Assembly (NCBI GenBank): GCA_965263035.1
Contig: OZ253580.1
Span: forward strand, 6,112,001 to 6,176,000
Origin: Acidobacteriota bacterium
Lineage (GTDB): Bacteria; Acidobacteriota; UBA6911; RPQK01; JAJDTT01
Reading direction: 5' to 3'
DNA length: 64,000 bases
The notes below the pieces were generated by a model. It did no database searches. It was not told where the DNA came from and saw only the letters and a program-made list of their open reading frames with translations. Positions 28,600-39,281 of this stretch are shown piece by piece (position 1 is the stretch's first letter; the number at the start of each line of letters is the position of its first letter). The position numbers were made by a program, and so were the translations under genes.

Positions 28600-30367
28600 C
28601 TATGGTCACGGGCTGCATCGCCATGCCGGCCCAAACGGGCAAAGAGTACTCCATCCGTTCCGGGCTTGCTGCCTCCCCTCCGCTCGTATTCGAATCCAAG
28701 AACACGAAACGCGGCACCGGTGGCGCGCTCAAGTACGTTCTCATTCTGATTGGCAACCTGGAGTAACCTAACGGCTTCGCTCGCGGTTGGCGGTGCTTCG
28801 CCTGCCATGAGCCTCAGGATACGGTCCCGATCGCGAAGGATCTCCGCAATCGCGCCGGTTTCGACGCCTTGCTCTTGAAGCAGTCCTTCCAGTAGCACTT
28901 CTGATGGAGCGAACAGCTTTGCCGGATTTCGATTCTTGCCGTCACCTGTGAGCTTGTCGACAAATGGATGCTCAAGATTGATTGCGAGGCGCCGCGTACT
29001 GGGATCGTAGCGAACCGCAGCGGCGTGAGGGCCATATCGGCCGAAAGTAGGATCTTCAAATGGCCTACTCGTGACCTCGTCGCAAAAACCGTCGAACCAA
29101 TCGGAGGCATCGTCTTCGGCCACGTCCTTGGGAGCGGCGATGTAAAACGACTCCTCACCGGATTCTACTGTGGTGCGAACCCCACGAAGCAGAGGCTCGA
29201 GGATATGAGTGCTAGGCTCGTCAGACAGGAGCAAATGGATATCCAGATCCTTGACTTGTGTTCGCAGCCACTCCTCATACGCGCTGCGACATTGATTGAA
29301 AACCGTCAACAAGTACTGACGGAACTCGCGCACAAGCTTCGAATCCCTTACCCCTTCGCGTGACGACAGAAGATGGTTCCGCAGTCCTTCGGCGCGCACC
29401 TCCAAGGCGAATCGAGCCCATGCGGCGTAATTTGGCTGAGTGATTCCGAACAGTTCATCTTCGAGGTTAATGACACGTTCTCGGACTCGTACGAAGAATC
29501 CGTGACTCCGGGCAAGGTCGGCTGATTTTCCTCCGGTCAGAGGTTTTTCGTATATCCGAGCGTCGCCTTTAATGACTCCGATGCCTGACAAGTTCTCATC
29601 GATCTCGATAGTCTTTATTGGCTCAAGCCTCTCCTTGCTGGAAACGACACGCTCACCGTCGAGATAGATTTGAAAATCTAAATGGAGTGGCAAACCGGTG
29701 CTCAACACCCATCGCAATGTCCCGACCGAAAGCTGATTATAGAGATCCCGAAAGTCAGATAATCCGGCCACTGTCCACGATCTATCTCGGCCATTCACGC
29801 CAAATAAGAGGTCCCACGCAATCGCATCGCGTTCTTCGACGTCAGCCAGAAGGGCCCTAGCCGTTTGCTCGTCAACTTCACGAAGCGAGATTGTGGCTGG
29901 CTCAGGGTTGTCGGCTTGCCGTCCCGTGACCGTTCGAAAATCCATCACTGTCAAGAGGAAGCGATCGCGGACACGACTTAGATGCATGAGATGCCATGCA
30001 AGGACGTAGGCGGCAAGCTTTCCGATGCCGAATTGCCCAATGGGAAGACGCCCATTGGATGGAGATGCGTCGGTCTTGTCGGAGTCAGCCACCCGCCAGA
30101 GCTGGTGGAATCCATCGGCATTCATGCCGTGTCCGTCGTCAATAACCCAGAGGGGTGAGAGGGGAGTGACCTCGTTTTGGGGGTCCGGAAGCAGCACATG
30201 AACGCTGCCGGCCCCGGCGTCATAGCTGTTGCTAACGAGTTCCTCAATTGCCTTGTGCGGACTCTTATACAGGCCTTCCGAAAAGAGGCGAATGATGTCG
30301 TAGCTTATGAAAACAGAAATCTCGTCGACTTCATCGCCGACGTGCCCGAAGTCCGACATGGCCGAGG

Positions 30368-31760
30368 TCATTGCTTTCTCCTTTCATCTCGCTCCAAGTT
30401 GCCAAACGGATCCGGCATCGTGTCTACGATCTTCTCGGTCTCGAATCTGAAGCAGACAATCCGCACGATGGTTAGTGACCGAGTCGTTGGGGTGGGGGGG
30501 GAAGAAATTCGTTGGCGTCGTTCACCGTTGCGCTTGTCGGTGGTGGTCGTGTAGGAGTAGATCAGCCACTTAGAAAGCGTTCGTCCGTTGACGGCGTAGC
30601 AGTGGGCTTCCACGGGACTCCCGGTCAGCCGCGCGCGGTCGTTCAGGATCAGGATGGCGCGAGCCTTGTCGGCCGGACCCATCCGACCCGTCCCGAGACG
30701 GTAGTCGCCGGGCCGAAGCGTGTGGCCCGTGGAGGACAGGACTTCGAACGGATGCTCCGGGAAGTCCGTGTCCTCGTATCGCAGGTGCAGTTTTGCCAGC
30801 GCGGCCCGTGTGTCAACGAAGGCGCGGAAGTCCGGAGCGAAGAGGATGCGCGGCAAGTCCTTGCCATCCTGTAGGTGTCGTGCAGGCTGTCTTTGGGGGT
30901 CGCCATGAAGCGCGCCGCGTATGTGTGCGCGATGCGAGTTTCTATCTCGGGTAAGCGCGGGTTGAGGTTGTCGTCTGCGGAGTTCTTCTGTCAAGCCGAC
31001 CACGGGCAGATTGTCCAGGATCACCAGAATGGGCGGTTCTTCCGCCGCCAAGAGCGCGCGCTGTTCTCCGACAAAAAGACCGTGCTCTGGGAGTTGTTCA
31101 GGTTGGACGTATCGGTTAGCACGGTTCCGCCAAGGGCTCTTGGCGGCGTTCGTCCCACGCCGCTCTCGGTACGATTCCTCAACGTTTAACGCCGCAATGC
31201 AATAGTGACGGTTTCGCAAGACTCTCGTCGCCCACCCAGATCCATCCAAACACCGCTCCTTGTCCATTTGCCGACTCCTCGCGCGTCAAGCACGCTCCGC
31301 AAGAACTGGAAGATAGTCTACCGCCCCTCAAATGCGGCGATCAGCTCCGCCCACGCTCCCGGTTCGCAGTTCCAGTCGCTCTGCAGCCTGCACGTTGAAC
31401 CACTTCTCCATGAAATACGGAAGGCCGGCCCCCGCCGGAATACCGTGGGCTAGCACCCCCGTGAGCGGAGGTGCCAAGCCACATGCGACGCCTCAATGTT
31501 ACACGGGAATACAGGCGACCGGCCCGTTTCAGCCGTTCGAGTGAGGAGCCAGGGTGCTCGGTTTTCCCCTGAGAAACTGGAATCCTTTCGGACTATGTCG
31601 TTAAGTGTGTCCCGAATGGGAGGTCGGCCGCCAGGGCCTGGCTTAGGCGACATCAGTAAAACATCTTAAGGAAAGAACAGGGCTCGTGGAGGGCGGCGAG
31701 AGACTTGGCAAGAGGGTCGAGCACTTTGCGGACGGGTCCCTCCACAAATTCCGCCTTGTG
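30368..31760 (-). pseudogene. Degraded Type ISP restriction-modification enzyme
   Basis: Scattered remnants FLKMFY, FNVQAAERL, YCIAALNVE, ILVILDNLP, DLPRI...LAKLHLRYE, YAVNGRT..KWLI..Y..TTDK; deletions and frameshifts. Confidence 0.7.
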
Positions 31761-32027
31761 GGGGAAGAGTAGTGTGGAGAGCCGGTTTCTCGCGACTTGG
31801 ACGGGGCCGACGGCTCGTTCGGAGAACAGTCGGATCCGCGTCGCGGAAGATGATGGTGCCATCTTGGTGCTTGTCACGGGCGGGATAAGCGCGCTTGATA
31901 CTCGGTAGCGTGCGCGTGCGCTGCGCTTGGGGCTCAACGCACGGATGCCCGGCCCACTGCGGCAGCGCATGCTCCGGACCGGCCACATTGGATTGAGGGG
32001 ATCGACCATGCATCATTCGATAAGAAG

Positions 32028-33129
32028 GGGGATTATAGACAAAGCTAGACGGTAGAACCCTGTCTGAGTGCTGCGCTGTATTTCTTTTTGTGAAAACCCA
32101 CGCAGCTTTCCAATGCCGGGCGAAGCTCTCCAAACGGGGATTCCGCCGATTGGATTGGATCAGGGGCGTCCTGAATCGAATCTACAATTCCGCACTGGAG
32201 GAACGCAAGGCCGCTTGGGAAGACGACAAGCGTGGCATCAGCATGTACGACCAGATGAAGCGTCTGACGCAAGCGCGGAAATCGGACCCGGATGGGATCG
32301 GGTCCGTCTCCGTGACTGCGGAACGCGGGATGCTGCGCCGTCTGGAAGGGGCGTTCCAAGCCTTCTTCCGACGCTACAAGGCGGGAGAGAATCCAGGTTA
32401 CCCCCGGTTCCGTCCTCTGGCCCGGATGGAGACGATCGATCTCGTTGATCCGAGGACGACAATGGTCAAGAAGCGGGCACGTGGGTACGCCATCAAGCCC
32501 AAAGGGTTCCCGACGATCCGCATCTTTCCGTCCCGTCTCTTGCCGGCCGGCTGCCCGTTGAAGGCCCTGCGGATCGAACGCCGCCGGCGCGCCTGGCCGG
32601 AGATCAAGCGTCAGCAGAGAATGATTGCCCGTTGCAAGCGGGGATCGAACCTCCGAAAGAAGCGGGTCCGGCAACTGGCACGGCTCCACTACGGCGAGAG
32701 GGTCGGGAACCGGAATGCGTGCCACCGGGCCACGACTCGGATCGTCCGTTTTCACGGACTCATCGCCGTCGAGAAACTGAACGTCAAGGGGATGACCACC
32801 AAGGGCCTCAAGAAGAAGCGCCTGATTCGGGAGATCCTCACACAATCTTGGGGGCTTCTTCCAGTACAAGGCCGAGTGGGCCGGGCGGGAGTTCGTCGAA
32901 GTGGACCCGAAATACACGTCGCAGGACTGCCACCGGTGTGGTGCCAGGATCCGACCTGGGCGAAGCGAACGGTACGCTTGCGCAGCCTGCGGACTCAGGA
33001 TGGACAGGGACGAGAACACCGCCCTGAACATTCTCAGGGCAGGGGTTCTCGCCCTGGGTGCCGAAACGTGGGGCGTCAGCCCGTGCGTGGCACCGGAATT
33101 GTAGTCGTCAAGTAATGTCTATAAGCCCC
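32028..33129 (+). mobile_element. Non-autonomous TIR element (IS1595/ISNwi-like ends) carrying tnpB
   Basis: TIR GGGG(A/C)TTATAGACA.nnCT(A/T)GACG; perfect 8-bp duplication ATAAGAAG at 32020-32027 and 33130-33137. Confidence 0.85.
32090..33104 (+). pseudogene. tnpB: TnpB RNA-guided endonuclease, degenerate
   Basis: YNSALEERK.AW, AFQAFFRR...GYPRF, IAVEKLNVKGM, VDPKYTSQDCHRCG, CAACGLRMDRDENTALNI; RuvC-I missing near 32580, frameshift near 32860. Confidence 0.88.
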
Positions 33130-34254
33130 ATAAGAAGCGTCGCCCGGAATGCCGACGCCCTGGCCGCGGTCTGGAGCGGTGGCGAACGGACCGATCTTCC
33201 CTACCTCTGGCTGCGCGACAATTGCGGTTGCAGCGAGTGCCGCGTCGTGCAGACCACGGAGAAGCGTTTCCACATCTTCCGGGTCGCCGGGGACCTGAGA
33301 CCGCTACAGGTCAGCATCGAACGCGCCGGATCCGAGGACGAGGCGATCTCGATCATTTGGCCGGACGGGCACCGCACCCGCTACCGGTCGAGCGAGATCC
33401 ACGGCCATTTGAGCCAGCCTCGTTTCGACCTGCGCTACTGGGATTGCCGGTTCCAGCCGCGGCAGTTCGACTATCGGCGGTTCCTGGCGAGCGACAGCAA
33501 AGCGGCGGAGCTGATCGCGGAGTTTCTGTGGACCGGGGTCTGCCTGCTGGTCGACGCCCCTACCGACCCCGATTCTTCGGAGCAGCTCGCGACCCGGTTG
33601 GGCCCGATCCGCGAGGTCGTGTTCGAGCGCATCCACAATGTCGTGGTCGACCCAAAGGGATACAGCATCGCACACACGGATCTGGCGATCGCACCGCATA
33701 ACGACTTTACCAGCTACACCTGGCCGCCGAGCGTGCAGGTGCTGCACATGCTGGTGAACGAGTGCGAAGGCGGCGAGTCTCGCGTCGTGGACGGCTTCGG
33801 CGTGCTCAACGAGCTGCGCAACGATCACCCCGAAAAGTTCGACGTGCTTTGCGCGGTACCGGTGCCTTTCCGCGTCGTCAGCGAGGAATACGAGAGCTAC
33901 GCGGCCAACCCCATGGTCGAGCTGGACAGCGACGGCGACGTCAGGTTGTTGCGCTTCAACACCCAGCAGATGCAGGTCATTCCCCTCTCGGAACCTCGGC
34001 TGGCCGACTTCTACGCCGCGTACCACGAGTTCTACGCCGCGTACCACGAGCTGTCCAAGCGCGTCAATGCCGCCAGCGCCCAGGTTTCCGTCCGGTTGGA
34101 GGGCGGGCAGATTCTGCTGGCCGCCGGGCACCGGATGCTGCACGGTCGCACCGCCTTCCGCTCGATCGGGCGGCGCCACCTGCAGGACGCCTACTTCGAG
34201 CACGATAACGTGCGCAACCACCTGAGGCTGCTGCGCCGCACCGGCCGAATCTGA
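33115..34254 (+). CDS. Gamma-butyrobetaine/trimethyllysine-type 2OG-Fe(II) dioxygenase (DUF971 + TauD)
   Basis: WLRDNCGCSEC, PHND, VDGF, LHGRTAF; native start (MHHS) at 32008 separated by the TIR element; 21-bp tandem duplication at 34009-34050. Confidence 0.85.
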   Translation: MSISPIRSVARNADALAAVWSGGERTDLPYLWLRDNCGCSECRVVQTTEKRFHIFRVAGDLRPLQVSIERAGSEDEAISIIWPDGHRTRYRSSEIHGHLSQPRFDLRYWDCRFQPRQFDYRRFLASDSKAAELIAEFLWTGVCLLVDAPTDPDSSEQLATRLGPIREVVFERIHNVVVDPKGYSIAHTDLAIAPHNDFTSYTWPPSVQVLHMLVNECEGGESRVVDGFGVLNELRNDHPEKFDVLCAVPVPFRVVSEEYESYAANPMVELDSDGDVRLLRFNTQQMQVIPLSEPRLADFYAAYHEFYAAYHELSKRVNAASAQVSVRLEGGQILLAAGHRMLHGRTAFRSIGRRHLQDAYFEHDNVRNHLRLLRRTGRI

Positions 34255-34344
34255 AGGCCGCAAATCCGCGCTATCGGACGGACAGCCTGTCGAATCTGAC
34301 CGTTTCTTGCCGCGGACAGGTCAACTCTTCTACCGTGTTTTTGC

Positions 34345-34623
34345 GGCGCAGACTCGGGGAGCTCGTCCAAAAACCGGCTGGCCAAGCCGGGGGTCACCTG
34401 GTGCAACTCCAGCCTCTCATCCTCGCGCCAGGCGAGGAACCGCCCCACCTGGGTGGGCGTAGGCGGTCCGGGTGTGGGGATTGGAGAGCCGGACGGAGAA
34501 GAACTCATCGGCCGCGAAGCAGGCCGCCTTCCCGGCTCTCACGAGAACAGCCGGGAAGGCCCCTTCGAGGTCATTTCAGGAGAGCGAATCGGCGGTTTTC
34601 GGGAGGAGTTCCAAGTCCGCCAT
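34345..34623 (-). pseudogene. Tyrosine recombinase N-terminal remnant
   Basis: ATG 34623: MADLELLPKTADSLS*...AGKAACFAADEFFSVRLSNPHTRTAYA, frameshift, QVGRFLAW...LELHQVTPG; catalytic domain absent. Confidence 0.75.
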
Positions 34624-34629
34624 AAAAGA

Positions 34630-34652
34630 TACGTATAATATACTTTATCGTA
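34630..34652. other. B-type palindromic recombination-like site directly upstream of the recombinase remnant
   Basis: TACGTATAATATACTTTATCGTA; related sites at 39251, 44965, 45448, 50846. Confidence 0.65.
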
Positions 34653-34870
34653 ATCTATACCATGCTCCGGACCTTCTGATTTTGCGCGCCGGCCGATGTC
34701 CGGAGCCGTCCTCTCCTTCCCGCATCCGGTGATCCCACTGGGGTGAAAAACGAGGTCAGAGACCCATCCATTGAGTCGGTGGCACCGTTTACACTTCGGC
34801 CAGAAAGGATTCCCCCGCATCCCTGAATACTGTTGCCGACGCTACCGTCTACCTGGAGGAACCGTTCCAG
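34653..34870 (+). repeat. Conserved ~220-bp leader of LRR genes
   Basis: Aligned copy at 45470-45687 and 3' half at 51820-51927, ending CTGGAGGAACC..ATG. Confidence 0.85.
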
Positions 34871-37153
34871 ATGTCAGTCCACTTTCCGAAGCCCTCGCAT
34901 CTTAGCCGTCACTCCACGACTTCTCTAAGGGTCCTCGTTTTGAGCTTGGGCCTGCTGGCCACGCCAGAGGCAGCCACGGCTGAGATCGTCCCCGTCTGCG
35001 ACCGGACCCCAGAGGTGCGCGACGAGATCGTGAAGCTCGTGCCAGAAGTCAGCGATTGTGCCGATGTGACCGAGTCGCACCTAGCCGAGATTAGACGGGA
35101 TTTCTTTCACGGCGGCCTGGAGCGAGTATACGTCTTAGGGTTTCCCAGTACTCGCAGGCTTCCCCCGCCCCCACTCAGAGAGTTGAAAGTGGGCGATTTT
35201 TCTGGACTTTCTTCACTGCGCACACTCTATTTGGATCGCACTGGATTGATGACCCTGCCGGAAGAGATTTTCTCCGGCCTCTCCTCCCTGGAAGCTCTCC
35301 TCCTGGGTAACAATGGGCTGAGCACCCTGCCGGCGGAGGTCTTCTCCGGCCTCTCCTCCCTGGAGACGCTCTACCTGCATAACAATGGGCTGAGCACCCT
35401 GCCGGCGGAGGTCTTCTCCGGCCTCTCCTCCCTGGTATATTTCCGCCTGGATGGCAACCTGGCGGCTCCCCTACCTGTCAACGTTTCATTGGAGTGGGTT
35501 GATCCCGGCCGATTCCAGGCCAGAGCGCCAACAGGCGCGCCCTTTGAGATCCACCTTCCTATAACTGTAACCAACGGCATGCTTCACAGGGGGGCGTCCC
35601 ATCTCACGATTCCCGCAGGGCGGGAATCCAGCGACGTGCTTTCGGTATCTCGACAGCCCGGAACGACCTCGCCGGTCACCGTCGAGATTGCACAATTCCC
35701 GGAGAAACCTGTGCGCCACATCGGTTACGAGCTGGTCAGACCCTCTTTGCCCCTGACTTTACTGACACCGCTTTCTCTGGACTTCCCCCATTTCGCCAAC
35801 GGGGCGGCCATCACCTCCGAGTTGGTGATCGTGAATGTCGCGGCCACCCCCCTCCAGCCGGCCCTCTACTTCTTCGACAGAGAGGGAGACCTCATGGCCC
35901 CAGCATCCATGGTAGACGTCGGGGAAGACTGGTTCATCCGGTCCGACGGAGCCTTGACCGTGAGGAAGGAAATAGAGCCCCTGGGAGAGCTCACGATCTC
36001 GACCCACGGGCGAGGACCGTTGGTGACCGGCTCGGCGAGGGCCCTGGCCGACGGTCCCATAGGCGGGGTCTTGCGCTTTGACAGCCCGGATATCGGCGTC
36101 GCCGGGGTGGGAACGGGGTCCCCCTCACCCGACGCCATCTTCCCCGTGCGCCGCCAGGAATCCGGAATCAACACCGGGGCGGCGATTCGGAATCTGGGAG
36201 ACGATCCAGTGACCGTCCAATGCCAACTAATGCAAGATGGCCAGGTCTTGGAAGAGAGGGACATTCCCCTGGCCGGCGAGGGGCAGACCGCCCGGTTCAT
36301 CGACGAGTTGTTCCCTGCGACCGATACGTTGGACTTTGTGGGATCGGTGCGCTGCACCGAATCCGAAGGCGGCCTGTTCACCGGCGTGGCTTTGGAGATG
36401 GATTTCCAGAACCGGGTGTTCACCACCTTGCCTGTAGTCCCCGTTCCGCCGATGCGGACCCAGGATTACACGCAACTGCACTTCGCCCATTTTGCCAACG
36501 GTGCCTCCATCACTTCCGACCTGGTATTCGTGAACGTGGCCAACACGGCCGTGGCGCCGGCCATCTATTTTTACGATGGCTCAGGCCGTCTCATCGCCCC
36601 GGAAATGGTGGTGGACGTCGGGGAAGATCTCCAGGTCCGGATGGACGGATCTCTGACCGTTCAGGCGGACGTGGCCCCGCTGGGGGAACTCACGGTCTCC
36701 ACCCACGGCCGGGGGAATCTGGTGACCGGGTCGGTGAAAGTCATCGCCAATGGTCCCATCGGTGGATTCCTGCGCTTCGACAACCCCGAGATCGGAGTCG
36801 CGGGGGTCGGGGCCAGCGGGGCGGTCCAGGACGCGATCTTCCCGGCTCGACATCAGGCGGGAGGAATCCGCACGGGAGTGGCCATCCGCAATCTGAAGCC
36901 GGCCGCCATCGAAGTCAGCTGCCAACTGATGCAAAACGGCAGGGGTGTGGAAGAGAAGGAAATCCCTCTGTCCGGCAATGGGCAGACGGCCCAGTTCATC
37001 CACGAGTTGTTCACCAAGACCATCACAGCCGACTTTGTGGGATCGGTGCGCTGCACCGCCTCAGAGGACGGGAGGTTCACCGGATTGGCGCTGGAGATGG
37101 ACGAGGACAACCGCATCTTCACCACCTTGCCCGTGGTGCCGGTCCGGCGATGA
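34871..37153 (+). CDS. Secreted LRR protein (4 LRRs) + 2 copies of conserved C-terminal module
   Basis: Signal peptide, VCDRTP..C cap, LSSL..L.L..N.L..LP..F repeats, LDFPHFANG...FTTLPVVP x2. Confidence 0.88.
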   Translation: MSVHFPKPSHLSRHSTTSLRVLVLSLGLLATPEAATAEIVPVCDRTPEVRDEIVKLVPEVSDCADVTESHLAEIRRDFFHGGLERVYVLGFPSTRRLPPPPLRELKVGDFSGLSSLRTLYLDRTGLMTLPEEIFSGLSSLEALLLGNNGLSTLPAEVFSGLSSLETLYLHNNGLSTLPAEVFSGLSSLVYFRLDGNLAAPLPVNVSLEWVDPGRFQARAPTGAPFEIHLPITVTNGMLHRGASHLTIPAGRESSDVLSVSRQPGTTSPVTVEIAQFPEKPVRHIGYELVRPSLPLTLLTPLSLDFPHFANGAAITSELVIVNVAATPLQPALYFFDREGDLMAPASMVDVGEDWFIRSDGALTVRKEIEPLGELTISTHGRGPLVTGSARALADGPIGGVLRFDSPDIGVAGVGTGSPSPDAIFPVRRQESGINTGAAIRNLGDDPVTVQCQLMQDGQVLEERDIPLAGEGQTARFIDELFPATDTLDFVGSVRCTESEGGLFTGVALEMDFQNRVFTTLPVVPVPPMRTQDYTQLHFAHFANGASITSDLVFVNVANTAVAPAIYFYDGSGRLIAPEMVVDVGEDLQVRMDGSLTVQADVAPLGELTVSTHGRGNLVTGSVKVIANGPIGGFLRFDNPEIGVAGVGASGAVQDAIFPARHQAGGIRTGVAIRNLKPAAIEVSCQLMQNGRGVEEKEIPLSGNGQTAQFIHELFTKTITADFVGSVRCTASEDGRFTGLALEMDEDNRIFTTLPVVPVRR

Positions 37154-37192
37154 CCTGCCGGGAATAGCTGGAGTTGGCGACTCTCTTTAGGA

Positions 37193-37218
37193 CGTCCGTT
37201 AACTGAAATTATCGGACG
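37193..37218. other. A-type palindromic site
   Basis: CGTCCGTTAA-CTGAAA-TTATCGGACG. Confidence 0.75.
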
Positions 37219-37545
37219 GTCCCCCGGGAAAAGGGAGGATGTCGGGGGGGTGCGAATCAGCCCCAAGCTGCCCGAAAACATGGGTCAGAAGAAGACGGCT
37301 CGTCCCCGTCATTTTTCATCCCTCTTCGTCGCTGAGACTCAGGATCAGCAGCTCAGAAATGGCTGGAGTGGGCTCCATTCCAGCCGCGGGATGTCCGCTC
37401 GGATTTACTCCTCTGGCCAAGTCACGGACCCGATCTTCCCGAAACCGACGTCGTTGGCAGGCCAGACTTCGATGCGGCGAACGACCACCGACACTCAGCG
37501 CATGGCTCGATCGCAAAATGTGGAGAACGCCACTATCATTCGGCC

Positions 37546-39057
37546 ATGAGACAAATACTGCTAGCTGTATTCCTGCTGGCCCCGCTCGCCCGAGAGGTTC
37601 AGAGCAAGGACCAGACCGATCCACCCTATGCGGGCACCGTCTGGATCGACCCGGACATCATCACACCATCAGATCCGACTGCGCTCGTGAGCGTGACGGA
37701 TGCCGGACGGGGACAACGGACGATGTTCGACCTGCGGGTCAAGGACTGGATCGTGGTCAACGCCTATTTGTTCATGGCCCGATTTGATGATGGCCTGACC
37801 GCGGAGATTCAGGTCAACCCAGAGTTCGGCAGTGCATCGGACGCGATGGTGGAAGCAAGCAAATATGGGAGATCCATCGGCCAATTGCCGACGCTACTTC
37901 GAACCAATGTCGAGACGGTCTGGATCCATAAAGGAAATGCGCCTCTCGGGGGTGGAAACAACAGTATTCTCATCCATACAGATTTTCCGGACGAGTATTT
38001 GGAGGAGGGATTGGTCCACGAGGGGGCGCACACTTCCCTGGACCCACCCTGGATGGGGATTGTCAACGCCGTCGATTGGCGCGCCGCCCAGACGGCCGAT
38101 GATAACTTCATTTCCGACTACGCACGAGATCATCCGGACCGAGAAGACATCGCCGAGTCGTTCCTGCCGTACCTGGCTGTCCGATATCGTTCGGCTCGAA
38201 TCTCCCGATCTTACGAGCGGACAATATTGGAGACGATGCCGAATCGGATCGCTTACCTTGACCGACTTCTCCAGGCTCAATCGGACAACGCGTTGCATCC
38301 AATCACGTTGGACCTTCGACAGTATCTGAGCTTTGCGCATTTCGGGAATGGAGGGTCCATCACCTCGGACCTGGTGTTAGTGAACGTGGAGCCCTCGGCG
38401 ACTTACCCGGCCATCTACTTCTACGATCGAATGGGTGAACTCATCGACCCCGAATCGGTGGTGGACGTGACGGAAGATCTGGAAGTCCGGGAGGATGGAG
38501 CGTTGACCGCCCGGACGGGGATTGAGCCTCTGGGTGAACTGGTGATTTCGACCCATGGACGAGGGAAGTTGGTGACCGGATCGGTGACGGTGTTCTCCGA
38601 CATCGTGCGCTCTAATCTCTGGGGCGACAAAAACCGAGAGGACGCGGGCGGCGCGGCCCGCATCGGCGGGGTCCTGCGGTTCGACGCCCCGTCCCTGGGC
38701 GTGGCCGGCGTGGGGGCCAGTGCGCCCGTAAACGACGTCATTTTCCCGGCGCGCCGCCAAGAGGGCGGAATCAACACCGGAGCCGCAATCCGGAACCTGG
38801 GAGAGAACCCGATCGAAGTGAGTTGCCAATTGATGAAAAAAGGCGCGGTATTGGAGATGAAGGACATTTCACTGGCCGGTAACGGCCAGACGGCCAAGTT
38901 CATCCACGAGTTGTTCACCCAGACCGATACGTCCGATTTCGTCGGGTCGGTTCGTTGCACCGCTCCTGATGGTGAACGATTCACCGGAATCGCCCTGGAG
39001 TTGGATGATAGAAACCGGATCTTCACTACCTTGCCAGTGGTGCCCATCCAGCGATGA
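37546..39057 (+). CDS. Secreted zincin-like protein + 1 conserved C-terminal module
   Basis: Signal peptide, LVHEGAHT (HExxH), EDIAESF; FAHFGNG...FTTLPVVP. Confidence 0.8.
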   Translation: MRQILLAVFLLAPLAREVQSKDQTDPPYAGTVWIDPDIITPSDPTALVSVTDAGRGQRTMFDLRVKDWIVVNAYLFMARFDDGLTAEIQVNPEFGSASDAMVEASKYGRSIGQLPTLLRTNVETVWIHKGNAPLGGGNNSILIHTDFPDEYLEEGLVHEGAHTSLDPPWMGIVNAVDWRAAQTADDNFISDYARDHPDREDIAESFLPYLAVRYRSARISRSYERTILETMPNRIAYLDRLLQAQSDNALHPITLDLRQYLSFAHFGNGGSITSDLVLVNVEPSATYPAIYFYDRMGELIDPESVVDVTEDLEVREDGALTARTGIEPLGELVISTHGRGKLVTGSVTVFSDIVRSNLWGDKNREDAGGAARIGGVLRFDAPSLGVAGVGASAPVNDVIFPARRQEGGINTGAAIRNLGENPIEVSCQLMKKGAVLEMKDISLAGNGQTAKFIHELFTQTDTSDFVGSVRCTAPDGERFTGIALELDDRNRIFTTLPVVPIQR

Positions 39058-39250
39058 CCTGTCGAGAGTAACTGCAGACGGTGGTCAGAAGGCACTAGGA
39101 TGTTGTCTTCTGGATTTTGGAGGATGGGGAGTCGATAGCGATCGGTCAGAAAGCTGTTGATCCGGCCTTCTCAGGCGGAGGAAGGATCAGCCCCGAACTG
39201 GCCGGAAACATGGGCTAGAAGAAGAGGCCCAGACCCCTCTCGGAGGGTCC

Positions 39251-39281
39251 AGAGTACGATAATTGCACTTTATCGTACTCT
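39251..39281. other. B-type site, perfect 12-7-12 palindrome
   Basis: AGAGTACGATAA-TTGCACT-TTATCGTACTCT. Confidence 0.8.

Larger units (their letters stand above)
26164..30371 (-). pseudogene. GHKL/MORC-type ATPase fused to PD-(D/E)xK nuclease, split by IS1380 (~812 aa reconstructed)
   Basis: EELVSNSYDA, DDGHGM, GQFGIGKLA; PGTDG...YDAK; removing IS plus one CTAT gives in-frame ...ARDHRDYKLVYDAK. Confidence 0.85.

Noticed and set aside
31760-31865. Possible flavin oxidoreductase N-terminal remnant divergent from the dioxygenase
   Set aside because: Similarity (LFSE..VGPV...RNR) too short to support.
39251-39281. Chromosomal dif site
   Set aside because: Arms are symmetric with a 7-bp spacer, lack the XerD TTATGTTAAAT arm, and occur in multiple copies.
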